Origin: the human T2T-CHM13v2.0 reference genome, Homo sapiens
NCBI RefSeq assembly: GCF_009914755.1
Contig: NC_060940.1
DNA length: 64,000 nt
Reading direction: 5' to 3' (one strand)
Below the pieces are notes generated by a model that was given only the letters and a program-made list of their open reading frames with translations, was not told where the DNA came from and made no database searches. A program made the translations under genes and the position numbers. Of this stretch, positions 36,149-54,454 are shown piece by piece. Every line of letters starts with the position of its first letter. The stretch's first letter is position 1.

Positions 36149-36340
36149 TCATAAGAATGATACAATGGACTTTGGGGACTTGGGGGAAAGAGTGGAAGGG
36201 GGTCGAGGGACAAAAGGCTACAAATATGGGGCAGCGTATAGTGTTCAGATGATGGGTGCACCAATATCTCACAAATCACCACTAAAGAACTTACTCATGT
36301 AACCAAATACCACTTGTACCCCAATAACTTATGGGAAAAA
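36149..36340 (+). mobile_element. 5'-truncated L1PB-type 3' end
   Basis: gatgggtgcaccaatatctcacaaatcaccactaaagaacttactcatgtaacc; degenerate TSD aatctgcctaag / aatctacccaag. Confidence 0.85.
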
Positions 36341-36468
36341 AATCTACCCAAGGAATAAAACTAAATCGAGACTTTAAAAGCGAGACATTAAGGAAGTTGA
36401 CTCTTAGCTGACCTGGACACAGGCCTATCATGGTAAGTGCTGCAGGTGAACAAACAGCAGCAATTTGA

Positions 36469-37490
<1,022 letters not shown>

Positions 37491-37507
37491 AAAAGATCTT
37501 AGGAAGC

Positions 37508-38005
37508 CAGAGGTTCTCAAACTCAGTGTCCATCAGAAACCCCCGGAGGGCACGTTTAAACATAGACTATGGGCCGGGCGCAGTGGCTCACGCCTGTAAT
37601 TCTAACACTTTGGGAGGCCGAGAGTTTGAGACCAGAGCATTGTTTAAGCCAAGAGTTTGAGACCAGACTGGACAACATAGCAAGACCCTGTCTCTACAAA
37701 AAATAAAAAAAATAGCTGGGTGTGGGGGTGCACACCTGTAGTCCTGGCTACATGGGAGGCTGAGGCAGGAGGATCGCTCAAGCCCAGGAGTTGGAGGCTG
37801 CAATGCGCTATGATAGTGTCACTGTACTCCTGCCTGGGCAACAGAGACCCCGATTCTAGTAAATAAATAAATAAAAACATAGATCCCACCCCAGAGTTTC
37901 TGATTTAGTAGGTCTGAACTGGGGTCTGAGAATTTGCAGTTCTTAAAATTGCCTAGACATGGCAGATGCTGCTGGCCTGGGGATCTCGCTTTAAGAAGCA
38001 CTGGT
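37508..38005. mobile_element. MER5A interrupted by a sense AluJ (37572-37877)
   Basis: ggttctcaaact...catcagaa...gtttctgatttagtaggtctg...agaatttgca...agcactg. Confidence 0.75.
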
Positions 38006-38150
38006 CTAAGGCAACCTTGGGAATTCCATTCCCTTGCCAGCAACTGGCTTAGAAAAGGGCACGTGATACATTTCTGACCAATGCGATGAAGGAGAAGTCA
38101 GCTGGCAGCTTCTGAGAAAATGAGAAAATGATCATAAAAAGGGACAGATG

Positions 38151-38434
38151 GGCTGGGCGTGGTGGCTCACATCTGTAACCCTAGTGCTTTGGGAGGTTGA
38201 GGCAAGAGGATCACTTGAGGCCCAGAGTTCGAGACCAGCCTGGGCAACAGAGGGAGACCTCATCTCTAGAAAAAACTCTGAAGTTAGCTGGGTATGGTAG
38301 CATGCACCTATAGTCCCAGCTACTCAGGAAACTGAAGGAGGATCACTTGAGCCTAGAAGTTCAAGGCTGCAGCGAGCTATGATTGCACCACTACACTCCA
38401 GTCTGGGTGACAGAGCGAGACCCTGTCTCAAAAA
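38151..38434 (+). mobile_element. AluJ
   Basis: Sense dimer. Confidence 0.9.
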
Positions 38435-39083
38435 CAAGCGGGGAACAAGTGGAAGAAGGCTCTCTTCTCTCTTGTCCATATTATCTTGAGACCATGATGG
38501 GGTGTGGCTGAGGGCAAGAGCCAGCTGCTAAGAATGGAATAGTGGAAAAGTGGAAGGAAACAAGGCCCACCATTCCACAATGGAGCCACTGAATCAATTA
38601 ACCACATGGCCCCCTGCAGAGAAACAATAACTTCCATTAGCATCTACACCACTTCCAGTTGGGTTCTCAGTGATTTGAAGCCAAACACAACCTACCTGGC
38701 AACCCTACAACTTCACCCCTCACCACTGTTTGGACACTACCAAACTTAGGCCATGATGATTAAGGCCAGGCATGAGCTCCACCCTCCCTGCCACCCTATG
38801 AGGAATAAAGCAGATATGGGGAAGGTGAAAGGGCATGATTTAGGGATCCATAAAGCCCCAGATTGGAGCCTTAGTTCTACAACTCAATAATGGTGGGCTA
38901 GAGCTCTATGCACCCCATACTCTAGGATGGGGACTCATACCTGCATGGTTGACTAGTGCAGTCATGTCTGTGCATCTGAGCAGTTATTTTCTTCTCTGGA
39001 CCATTATTAACCATTAGAGCTAGCATTTGTCCCCAGGTCCCGGGCACTGTGCAAGTCTTCACCTACATTATCCTACTACCTCA

Positions 39084-39502
39084 TAAGATAGTTTGGATGT
39101 GTGTCCCCTCCAAACCTCATGTTGAAATGTGATCCCCAATGTTGGAGGCGGGGCTTGGCGAGAGGTATTTGGGTGGTGGGAGCAGATCCCTCATGAATAG
39201 CTTGGTGCCCTCCCTGAGTAATGAGTGAGTTCTCACTCTTTTAGTTCACGGCGGGGTCTGATTGTTAAAAAAGTGTTTGGCACCCTTCCTGTCTCTCTCT
39301 CACCCCTCTTCTCACCATGTGACACACCTGCTCCCCTTTCACCCTCCACAGTGAAGAAAAGCTTCCTGAGGTCTCACCAGAAGCAGATGCTGGCATCATG
39401 CTTCTTGTACAGTCTGCAGAACGTGAGCTAAACAAACCTCTTTTCTTATAAATTACTCACCCTCAAGTATTCCTTTATGGCAACGCAAAACAGGCTAAGA
39501 CA
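39084..39502 (+). mobile_element. MSTB-like MaLR solo LTR
   Basis: gtttggatgtgtgtcccctccaaacctcatgttgaaatg...ctaagaca; 5-bp TSD cctca. Confidence 0.87.
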
Positions 39503-40603
39503 CCTCAATGGACTAATACATAACAGCCCCATAAGGTGAGTGCCACCATCTCCCCCACCTTACAGATCAGGAAACAGGGGCTCTGAAAAACTGTGGCTCA
39601 CTCAAGGTCATACCGCTTGTTAAGTGCAGAGATAGGATTCCAACTCAGAGGCATCTGGCTCAAGAACCCACGTGTCTGTGTTTCAGGTTGCAATGCTGAG
39701 GTTAAACAAGAGGATGTGTGCTAGGAGCCCCAGCACACCACAGGGGCTGGGAAACGTTATTGCATCGAGTTTGAGTCCAACACACGGTCTCATTCCTCCA
39801 CCCACCACTCAGCCTAGAAAAAGGGTCGGAAGGTTGACTCCACTTTCAGAAGCTTGCCAGCTCCAGCCAGTCAGCCAGAGTGAAGCTGACAAGAGCAATG
39901 AGGGAAATACGGAAAGATAAATCCAGATGTGGACAATGAGACCGTGTCCCCTGAGAACTGTGGTGGCAGAGGGACTCAAAGGTCCAGGCCTGCTCGGTGT
40001 GGCTGCGGCTCAGGTTCCTGGGCCACAGGGCTGCCTTACCTGCCAGTTTCCATGCCTGGCTGACTCCCCCCACCGCCCCTCTGGCTTCCACACCAGCCCA
40101 CTGATGCCACCCCAGAGAACTCGGCTGTTTGCCTTGCTCCTCTAGAGGGCAGGTGGATGCGGTGAAACGGGCAGCGATTCCAGAGCCATCACAACTCCTG
40201 GCTGAAACCAAACATGACAGATTTACCATTGGGCAGGCTGCTCCATTTATTATTTAACACTCGCAATAAATATTTGCATGACCCAGTGCTGGAGGGAACG
40301 CTCTGTGATAACTCACTGCATTTTCCTGCCAAACACCAGCACAGTCGGATTCCGAAGCTGCAGCAGAGAATATTTTATGCTATTCTAAAAATCCAGGTGA
40401 TGGCCCCTTGTTAGAAAACCTTTTCTCATCCATTTCCATAGAGGAAAAAAGGAGCAGGGAGACCTTAGCTCCGAGAAGCAACTAGAGGAGGAAGAAGAGG
40501 AGGAGGAAGATGCTGACAGGTGACATTTACTTAGCACCTACTGAGTGCCAGGCCCTAAGCTAAGGACTTCACACTCATTCATTCAACACCTCTCTCTAGA
40601 GGG

Positions 40604-41279
<676 letters not shown>

Positions 41280-41322
41280 TTAAGGTTGGACTAACTATGC
41301 GAAGACACTGAATTTAAAAGGC

Positions 41323-41752
41323 TTTTCTTTTCATTTATTTTTTAAGAGACGTATCTGTGTAACTCAGGCTGCAGTGCAATGGCTATTCACAGGGATGATC
41401 AGGGCTCACTGTAGCCTCAAACTCCCAGGCTTAAGAGATGGTCCCACCTCAGCCTCCCAAGCAGCTGGGACTACAAGTACATGACACTGCGTCTGGTGTT
41501 CAGTGGTGCAATCACGGCTCACTGCAGCCTTGAACTCCTGGGCTCAAGCAATCCTCTTGCCTCAGCCACCAGAGTAGCTAGAACTACAGGTATACAGCAC
41601 CACGCCTCGCTATTTTTTTTTTTTTTTTTTTTTGTAGAGATGGGGTCTCAATGTGTTGCCCAGGCTGATCTCAAACTCCCGGTCTCAAGTGATCCTCCTA
41701 CCTCAGTCTCCCAAAGCACTGGAATTACAGGCATGAGCCACCACGTCCAGCC
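41323..41752 (-). mobile_element. AluJ fragments (right arm plus near-complete Alu)
   Basis: Antisense Alu arms. Confidence 0.85.
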
Positions 41753-43121
41753 TCTTTTTTTTCTTTAAGGAGGCTTATTTTTTAGTGTGGGTTAGGGAAG
41801 AGCCATGTGTGAAGTTGACTCTGGAGCAGAGATGTCAAAGATGAGAAAGAGCTACCCATAACAAAAAAACGGGGAACAGGATTCCTGGCAAAGACCCCAC
41901 AAAGACCCTGGGGCTGGAAACCATGTGGGGCATTGGAGGAGTCAAGGGAGGTGACACTTTTGGAGCTGAGTAATGGAGAGGAAAGTGACAGGAGCAGACT
42001 GCACAGGGCCTTGGTCACAATGAAGGATTTGGATGCTATTCTAAGTTAAAGGGAAGGCATGGGAAAGCTTTTCAGCTGGAAGTGGCCAAACTGGGGACCG
42101 ACTCTGGCTGTACGGATTTCTGAGCCTGGAGATGGCACAAAGGACCTGACATTGGCAGGAAAAGAAAAGAGGAGGAACAAGAACACGAGAAATTGCCTTA
42201 AAAGGGAGCTGGTCAGGTCTCGCCAGAAAAGTTCACGCAATAACAAACCAGCCGCCCACAACAGACATCTCCACATTTTCCCAGAGCTGTCCCCCAGCCA
42301 GGCGGCCGGAGTGAGGGGATGCCGACGGTGACAATGCTATCAATTTCCATTTTGCTTTTGCCAAATACGGAAAAGGACACTTCAAAGACTTTTAAAAATA
42401 ACTTCCAAACAACTCAAGGGTGAAAAAAAAGAAAGAGGTAAAAAATTACAGTCTGCCTGCTTGAGAATAGCGATAATGAAAATAAGTGATAGAAATAAGA
42501 ACAGCTGCTTTTGCACACGTTATGTCATCTGCTCCTTAGCACTCTATGAAGCAGGCAGAACAGGTCATGGTATCCCCATTTCATAGATAAGGAAACTGAG
42601 ACCCAGAAACATAGGATACAACAGAGAGGAAATGATCAGGTGGGTGAGAAGCTATGTTTGTCTGGCCCCAAAGCCTGGGTTCCCCAAAGCCCTCTGCAGG
42701 CTGATATGAGCCTAACCCCAGCCCGGCTCCTGGCTCTCAGCCATCTCATCCTCCCAGCCCAGCTATGGGGAGCAAGATACCTCCTACCATGTCCCTTGCA
42801 GCCTTCCTCCCTCGCCTGCAGGGGCTTCCTGCCTGGAAAGCCTGTTCCTTTGCCCTTCTTCTCCAGAGGATTCACGTACCTCAGCACATGTTCGACGACA
42901 AAGTCACAGCACTGCAGGGACACCTCCCCTGGAGAGGAACACGATGGTAGAGTGGAAGGGGCACAGCTTTGCCATTAGAATGCCTGAGTTCAAATCCCAG
43001 CTCAATCACCAACTGGTTGGGTATCCTTAAGCTCTTCCAAGGAGTGGGGGATAATCCAATCCATCCCCACAGGATCCTGGTGGGGATTAAATGAGATGCT
43101 GTATGTAAAACATCAACACAG

Positions 43122-44102
<981 letters not shown>

Positions 44103-44274
44103 CACTCAAATCATGGGATTGAGTGTTCAATCATTCAATCAATTTTTATTGAATGCCTACTACATGCTAGGTACTTAGGGATATAACAGGAAATAAGACA
44201 TACGTGATTCTACCTTAATGAAACTTAGAAGAAGGAATATACTTATGGTATAGTGAAAGAAACATATTTATTAG

Positions 44275-44772
<498 letters not shown>

Positions 44773-46003
44773 TAGGACAGACGGCAACACGTGCAAAGCT
44801 TGTGCTGGGAGGTGAAGGGAGAACAACTCGCTGGAGGAAGCAAGGAAGAGGAGATTTAGTTAGAGCAGACAGCCAGGATCAGAGCATGCAGGGTCTGATC
44901 ATTTATTTCCAAGTTATTCTGAAATCAAAGAGAAGCAGGCTTTTAAGCTAAGAATGCAGCACATCGGCTAGCATAGAATAAGAGTTCAAAAAAAGTGTAA
45001 GCTCCCTTCCCTCTCCTGAAACAACCAAAGTAAATAAAAATGGCCCCTCTGTTTTCAATTATTTATTTATTTGTGCTTTCAAACTGTTTTCTTAAAAAAA
45101 AAAAAAAACTACAGAGTAGTGAGTGGGGGCGGGGGGGGTAAGGGGTGGAATACTCAAAACGTGTTCAAAATCAAACGAGCCAGAAACTCCTCGCTGGAAA
45201 TTTTCTCTCTAGATCTCTGCAGGAATCAGTGGAACCATGAGAGACAGAGTCGAAAGCAGCAGAGCCTGGAATTATTTCTCTAAGCAAGACCCAGACGCCA
45301 GGCAGGTAGTGAAATTGCTCCTGCCCCACCTCCATCCTTGCTGCCTATTTGAGAACAGAGTCTGCCAACCCCTCCTGATGAGAGACTGACCCCTCATAGC
45401 CACTGCAGGCTGGAAGCCATAAGCTTAAACCACTTCCATACCATGAAAGCAAAATGTATGGTTGGCAAAAAGCAAAAAAAAAAAAAAAAAAAACAAAAAC
45501 TGGTTACTGGCGAGTGCAGAACCACAGTCTGGGTCGATGACAAATTATCCAGCATGAATCTTGGTGTGACTTAGGCCCTTCTTAGTCCTCTAAAATTCAT
45601 CACATTTTGTTTATTCGTTCACTACCCACTTACAGTAGATGCCAAGAAATATATATAACAAGATTATAGATATAAATTTAAAATTAGGACTAAAGAAAGA
45701 TAATCTAGAATAAGAGGTAAAAGCAGAACAGAGCAGGATGGAAGGTAGAATAAAGATATACAGGCCAGAAGGCCAGTTACTAAACTGGATTTGAGAACAT
45801 GGCGCTGAGTTCCCTGGTGGCCAAGTCAAAAAGGGCAGTTGGAGATGTTCTCATGGTCCACAAAAAGAAACACACTTAACTTTGCAGAACAAGCACTGTC
45901 CTGCCGTGTGACCTCAGATAAGTGATTTAACCTACTTAGACTCAGCTGCCTCATTGCCAAAAAGTTAGTGAAAACTATTGAATGTTTAGGTAAAAAGTTG
46001 TAA

Positions 46004-46546
46004 TAAAAAACAAGAATGGGAAAGGATTCCCTATTTAAAATGGTGTTGGGAAAACTGGCTAGCCATATGCAGAAAACTGAAACTGGGCCCCTTCCTTACA
46101 CCTGATACAAAAATTAACTCAAGATTGATTAAAGTCTTAAATGTTAGACCTAAAACCATAAAAACCCAAGAAGAAAACGTAGGCAATACCATTCAGGACA
46201 TAGGCATGGGCAAAGGCTTCATGACTGAAACACCAAAAGCAATGGCAACAAAAGCCAAAATTGACAAATGGGATCTAATTAAACTAAAGAGCTTCTGCAC
46301 AGCAAAACAAACTATCATCAGAGTGAACAGGCAACTTACAGAATGGGAGAAAAGTTTTGCAATCTATCCATCGGGCTAATATCCAGAATCCACAAGGAAC
46401 TTAAACATATTTATAAGAAAAAAACAACCCCATCCAAAAGTGGCCGGAGGATATGAACAGACACTTCTCAAAAGAAGACATTTATGTGGCCAACAAACAT
46501 GTGAAGAAAAGCTCATCATCACTGGTCATTAGAGAAATGCAAATCA
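46004..46546 (+). mobile_element. L1PA ORF2 C-terminal fragment, truncated at both ends
   Basis: ORF 46125..46379 [42 protein letters not shown] is L1 ORF2p; no 3' UTR or poly-A. Confidence 0.95.
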
Positions 46547-46659
46547 TTGTCAGAGTGCTCAGAGAGGGCATGTTCCCTGGGTCTTGGTGGATTTAGAGGT
46601 CAAGGGACCATTTCTGGAAGCTCACTGTGTGCCAGGGCAGCTTATATCAGAGCTCCGCT

Positions 46660-46967
<308 letters not shown>

Positions 46968-47365
46968 AGAGATCTGCTCTGGAAGACCCCCCAGGCTGGA
47001 GGGCACTGCCACAAGCAGACAGTATGGCGAGGGTCCCTATGACCACCTGGCAGGCAGGGTGGATTCTGGAGGGAGGTGGCCTGGGAGCAGGCTGAGGATG
47101 GGGTGAGGGCATTTGAGCAGCAGAGTGTCTGCGTGACCGGGCATAACTGGAGGGACAGTAAATGACTCTTGTGTGAGAGGATGAGGGAGGGGTGAGAGGG
47201 GCTGACTACCCCCAGGACTTGAGGTGCAGTGAGACTCCTTAGCTTTAACCAGACTCATGGGAGCCATGGAGGTTTGAGGCAGAGGTGTGGGCTGCTGGGA
47301 GAGTGAGGACTCACCATCCAGAGAGGAAGGTGAAGCTTTCAACTCTAAATGCCGTTTTATTTTCG

Positions 47366-47761
<396 letters not shown>

Positions 47762-47831
47762 TTAAAATTGGCCTGGACTTCTCAAAAAAAGTCAGTGTGA
47801 TGAAAACATGTTCTAGATAAAACAGAAATGA

Positions 47832-48595
47832 GACTGGGCATGGTGGCTCATGCCTGGAATCCCAGCGCCTTGGGAGGCCAAGGAAGGAGAATCACTTGAG
47901 GCCAGGAGTTTGTGACCAGCCTGGGCAACATAGTGAGACCGCAGATCTACTAAAAATTTAAAAATTAGCTGGGCATGGTGGTGCGTGCCCGTATGTCTGG
48001 AGGCTGAGGCAGGAGGATCGCTTGAGCCCAGGATCTGGAGGCTGAGGCAGGAGGATCGCTTGAGCCCAGGATTTGGAGGCTGCAGTGAGCTATGATTGTG
48101 CCACTGCACTCCAGTGTGGGTGACAGAGTGAGACCCTGTCTCTATTTAAAAAAAGAGAGACAAGATGATCAGGATGAGCGCAGTGGCTCACGCCTATAAT
48201 CCCAGCACTTTGGGAGGCCAAAGCAGGTGGATCACATGAGGTCAGGAGTTTGAGACCGGCCCAGCCTAGATGGTGAAACCCCGTTTCTACTAGAAATACA
48301 AAAATCAGCTGGGTGTGGTGGGGCACGCCTGTGATCCCAGCTACTCGGGAGACTGAGGCTGGACAATTGCTTGAACCTGGGAGGCAGAAGTTGCTGTGAG
48401 CAAGATGACACCACTGTGCTCCAGCCTGGGCAACAGGAATGAGACTCTGTCTCAAACAAAAAAAAAAAAAAAAAAAAAAAGGGATGATCAAACACAATGC
48501 GTCAACCTCCCGGAGCTGTTGTGAGCAAGATGACACCACTGTGCTCCAGCCTGGGCAACAGGAATGAGACTCTGTCTCAAAAAAAAAAAAAAAAG
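47832..48595 (+). mobile_element. AluJ (47832-48153) + AluS (48172-48480) + duplicated Alu 3' end
   Basis: Sense Alus with local tandem duplications. Confidence 0.9.
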
Positions 48596-49201
48596 CGATG
48601 ATCAAACACAATGCATCAACCTCCCGGAGCCGTATAAACCCTAAACCTAAACCAGGAAGCAGGCAAGCCTGTGTGTGAGTTTCCACTCTATTGCTGGTAC
48701 CACTCGGCTCTGGCAACCTGGAAGGCCACCTTCCCCTGTTGTTACTGTGTAAGGAGGAAGGAGCACTGGTTTGCAAGTCAGAAGCCTGGGTTGAAGCCTC
48801 TGCTTGAGTTCCTGCTGGCTGTGGGAATGTGGGGTTACCTTTCCCGGCTGGCCTCGTTTCCTACATGTCCAATGCAGGGGTTCCAGTCACATGCATTGGG
48901 CACCATTACATGTCCAAGCTGTGCCAGGATCTAGATAAATGGCTGGGCTCAGTCCAAGGGGCCTTCCTATCTGGCAGTGAAAATAAGAGGAGATACCAAG
49001 GGCCCTGAGCCTGAGTCTGGAGGAAAAGTCATGAGCACAGGGCAGTGCCAGGGCCTGGGAGCTGCCACAGAGGAGCCCACCTTGGTGACAGACACCTGTA
49101 GGCTCATATGATGCCGAGTGCCCAACACAGGGAACTGGACAAAGGTTTCATGCACGACTCTTTTCCCTCCTTGGCTACCTTGAGGACCTTGATTATAATA
49201 G

Positions 49202-49503
<302 letters not shown>

Positions 49504-49772
49504 GGATTATAATAGCCTTTTCATGCACCAGGGGCTTTATACTCATTATCTCATTTCATTCATATGAGTTGAAGTCAGCTTATCCCCCATTTCACAGATG
49601 AGGAAACCAAGGCCCAGAGAGGTTAGGAATTTGTCCAAGGTCACACAGCCAGGAAGTAGGATTCAAACCCAGACAGCCAGGCTGTAATACCTAGGCTCCT
49701 CTCAGGCTCATGCCCTTCCCAGGGGTCTGGGAAGCCCTGACCTGCAGCCTGTCACCTTTGTTTACCCCCCAG

Positions 49773-49923
49773 CCTCCAGGATATTATGTGTGCACCGGCG
49801 TGGGATCCTGGAACTGGCAGGAATTGTGGGTTGTGTTGGTCCCTGAACTCCCATCGCCTATGTGAAATATGGTTGCTTTTGTGGCTTGGGAGGCCATGGC
49901 CAGCCCCGCGATGCCATTGACTG
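49773..49923 (+). pseudogene. PLA2G10: PLA2G10 pseudogene exon 2 (ASRILCVHRRGILELAGIVGCVGP*TPIAYVKYGCFCGLGGHGQPRDAID)
   Basis: cccag|CCTCC acceptor, TG|gtgagt donor; RR propeptide site and Ca-binding loop YGCFCGLGG; TGA at 49844-49846. Confidence 0.93.
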
Positions 49924-50148
49924 GTGAGTGCATGCCTGGGACCAGGCTGCAAAATCCCTCACACTCTGGGGTAGTCAAGGCTTATGAGGAAGTACCCAAA
50001 ACTGAAGCTGGGGTTTGGTCCAGGGAGATCCCAGTGTGCAGTACTACTTTGCAGGCAGGCAGAGGCCTCTTGGATAACATGGCCAGTGAAGCCAGATCTT
50101 GGTACTAGCTGTGCCTTACCCTGGCCATGGGCTGAAAACGTTGCCTTA

Positions 50149-51222
<1,074 letters not shown>

Positions 51223-51402
51223 TCATTTACCCCCAAGGCTGTTCTTAAAGACGGGCATGACAGTTATGCCCATTTTACAGATGGGGCCCTGAGGCTCACA
51301 AGGGCACGCCACTCACCCATTTCCACAAAGCTATAGTTAGTTAGCAGAGGGCAGAATTCGGCCGCCTCTCCCCTAGCTTGAAGGCTGTGATTGACACAGA
51401 GG

Positions 51403-52404
<1,002 letters not shown>

Positions 52405-52776
52405 TCTGAGGAGGATTTCATTATAAACCTGCCCTGAAGGGAGGGAATCCAATTTTACGAGAGGGTGTAGCCTGGTGAGGCCTGGATGACCTCCGGAGGC
52501 AGGGGCTTGTGCCTGGGCTGAGGCCTAAGGGACAATGGGCAGACATGAAGTTGCCCCAGGCAGAGGGTACAGTGTGGGCAAAGTCAGGAAGTGGCAGGGC
52601 TTGGATCACTCCAGGAAGAGAGAGGAGTCATGTGTCACAGGAGCTCGAGACCCAGAGAGGGAGGCAGGCAGGCAGGCAGGGACCAAGCTTGGGCACAGCC
52701 AGGAAGGCAGAGGGCATGGTGGGGCCAATGGAATCATTACCCAAGACGGGGATTTTCAGGGAAACAGCTTAGATAA

Positions 52777-53238
52777 GGCCAGGTGTACAGTAGCTCCCAC
52801 CTGTAATCCCAGCATTTGGGGAGGCTGAGGTAGGAGGACTGCTTGAGCCTGGGAGTTCGAGACCAGCCTAGGCAACATAGTAAGACCCCATATCCATAAA
52901 AAATTTAAAAAAGGAGTTTGTGTTCCTGTAGTAGCAGACTTGGGAGGTTGAGGTGGCAGTATCACTTGAGCCCAGGAGTTCAAGGCTAAAGTGAGCTGAT
53001 TGAGCCATTGCACTCCAGCCTGAGCAACAGAGAGATACGCTGTCTCAAAGGAAATACAAATTAAAAAACCAGCCGGGCATGCTGGCGTGTGCCTGTAGTC
53101 TCAGCTACTTGGGACACTGAAGTGGGAGGATCGCTTGAGCCCAGGAGTTCAAGGCTGCCGTGAGCTATGATTGTGCCTCTGCAGTCCAGCCTGGGCGACA
53201 GAGAAAGACCCTGTCTCTTAAAAAAAAAAAAAAAAAAA
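52777..53238 (+). mobile_element. AluJ plus an extra right monomer
   Basis: Sense Alu arms. Confidence 0.88.
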
Positions 53239-53359
53239 ATCTTAGATAAGAGGATGCTGTGCCTCCCTGGGGGTCTTCAGTCACCCATAGTCCTGGCAAG
53301 AGAGGAGGGCCAGGAGAGAGCTTCACCCACCTGCTGTCCTGCCCATGTGACATCCGCAG

Positions 53360-53466
53360 GTGCTGCCATGGCCACGACTGTTGTTACACTCGAGCTGAGG
53401 AGGCCGGCTGCAGCCCCAAGACAGAGCGCTACTCCTGGCAGTGCGTCAATCAGAGCGTCCTGTGCG
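53360..53466 (+). pseudogene. PLA2G10: PLA2G10 pseudogene exon 3 (WCCHGHDCCYTRAEEAGCSPKTERYSWQCVNQSVLC)
   Basis: cgcag|GTGC acceptor, G|gtgagt donor; sPLA2 catalytic motif CCxxHDxCY; visible in ORF 53259..53534. Confidence 0.95.
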
Positions 53467-53613
53467 GTGAGTCCCCAGCAGCACCATGCCACCCACCCCG
53501 AGTATCCCCTGGGCACCCTGACATAGCCAGATGACTTCCGTGCCCCTGTTGCAATAACCACTGCTTCCAAGTCTCTATAGACCACCCCTTGGGTATATCT
53601 AATGTAAGTGATA

Positions 53614-53914
<301 letters not shown>

Positions 53915-54051
53915 CTAATGTGAGTGATCTTTAACACTGAGCACTTGAAAAAGAAAACCCTGAAGAAACCTAATTCTTTGATGTCTGGATGACAAGGAAG
54001 AAGATAGAAATGGCATCAGATAATAAACAGTGTAAATGTTTATCAGAAAGA

Positions 54052-54292
54052 GGCTGGTGGTCGGGACAAGTAGGAGGATTGCTTGAGTCCAGGAGTGCAT
54101 CTCTACAAAAAAGTTAAAGGATTTTTTAACATTGGCCAGGCGTGGTGGCACACATCTGTGATCCCAGCTACTTGGGAGGCTGGGGCAGGAGGATTGCTTG
54201 AAGCCCAGGAGGTTGAGGCTGCAGTGAGCTGTGATCGAGCCACTGCACTCCAGCCTGGGTGACAGAGCAAACTCCAGTCTCAAAAAAAAAAC
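54052..54292 (+). mobile_element. Truncated and deleted AluJ just 3' of NPIP
   Basis: Damaged left arm, intact right arm. Confidence 0.85.
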
Positions 54293-54424
54293 AAATAATA
54301 ATATTTTACATAACCAACCACTTCTAAAGATTAAAAAAACCCCTATGATTAAAAACCTCAGGTCCCTCAGGCAATCATACCAGATATTGAAACAAAGCAA
54401 TAACATAAGGACTGCAGTATTCAT

Positions 54425-54449
54425 TTTATTTTTATATTATTTATTTATT
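54425..54449 (-). terminator. Clustered AATAAA polyadenylation signals of NPIPA
   Basis: tttatt on + at 54444-54449, 54440-54445 and 54425-54430, starting 5 nt after the stop codon. Confidence 0.75.
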
Positions 54450-54454
54450 CTTCA

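Noticed and set aside
42140-42340. CpG island or promoter
   Set aside because: Only a short cluster of CpGs (ggcggccgg...gccgacgg); too small, with no linked exon.
45796-45823. YY1-like (aacatggcg) and partial CTCF motif
   Set aside because: Short motifs expected by chance; the CTCF 3' half mismatches.
46125-46379. Reverse-transcriptase-related protein gene
   Set aside because: Short decayed L1 ORF2 fragment, not an autonomous element.
53259-53534. Standalone 91-aa phospholipase ORF
   Set aside because: PLA2G10 exon 3 read with flanking intron; no signal peptide, Ca loop or C-terminal catalytic Asp region.
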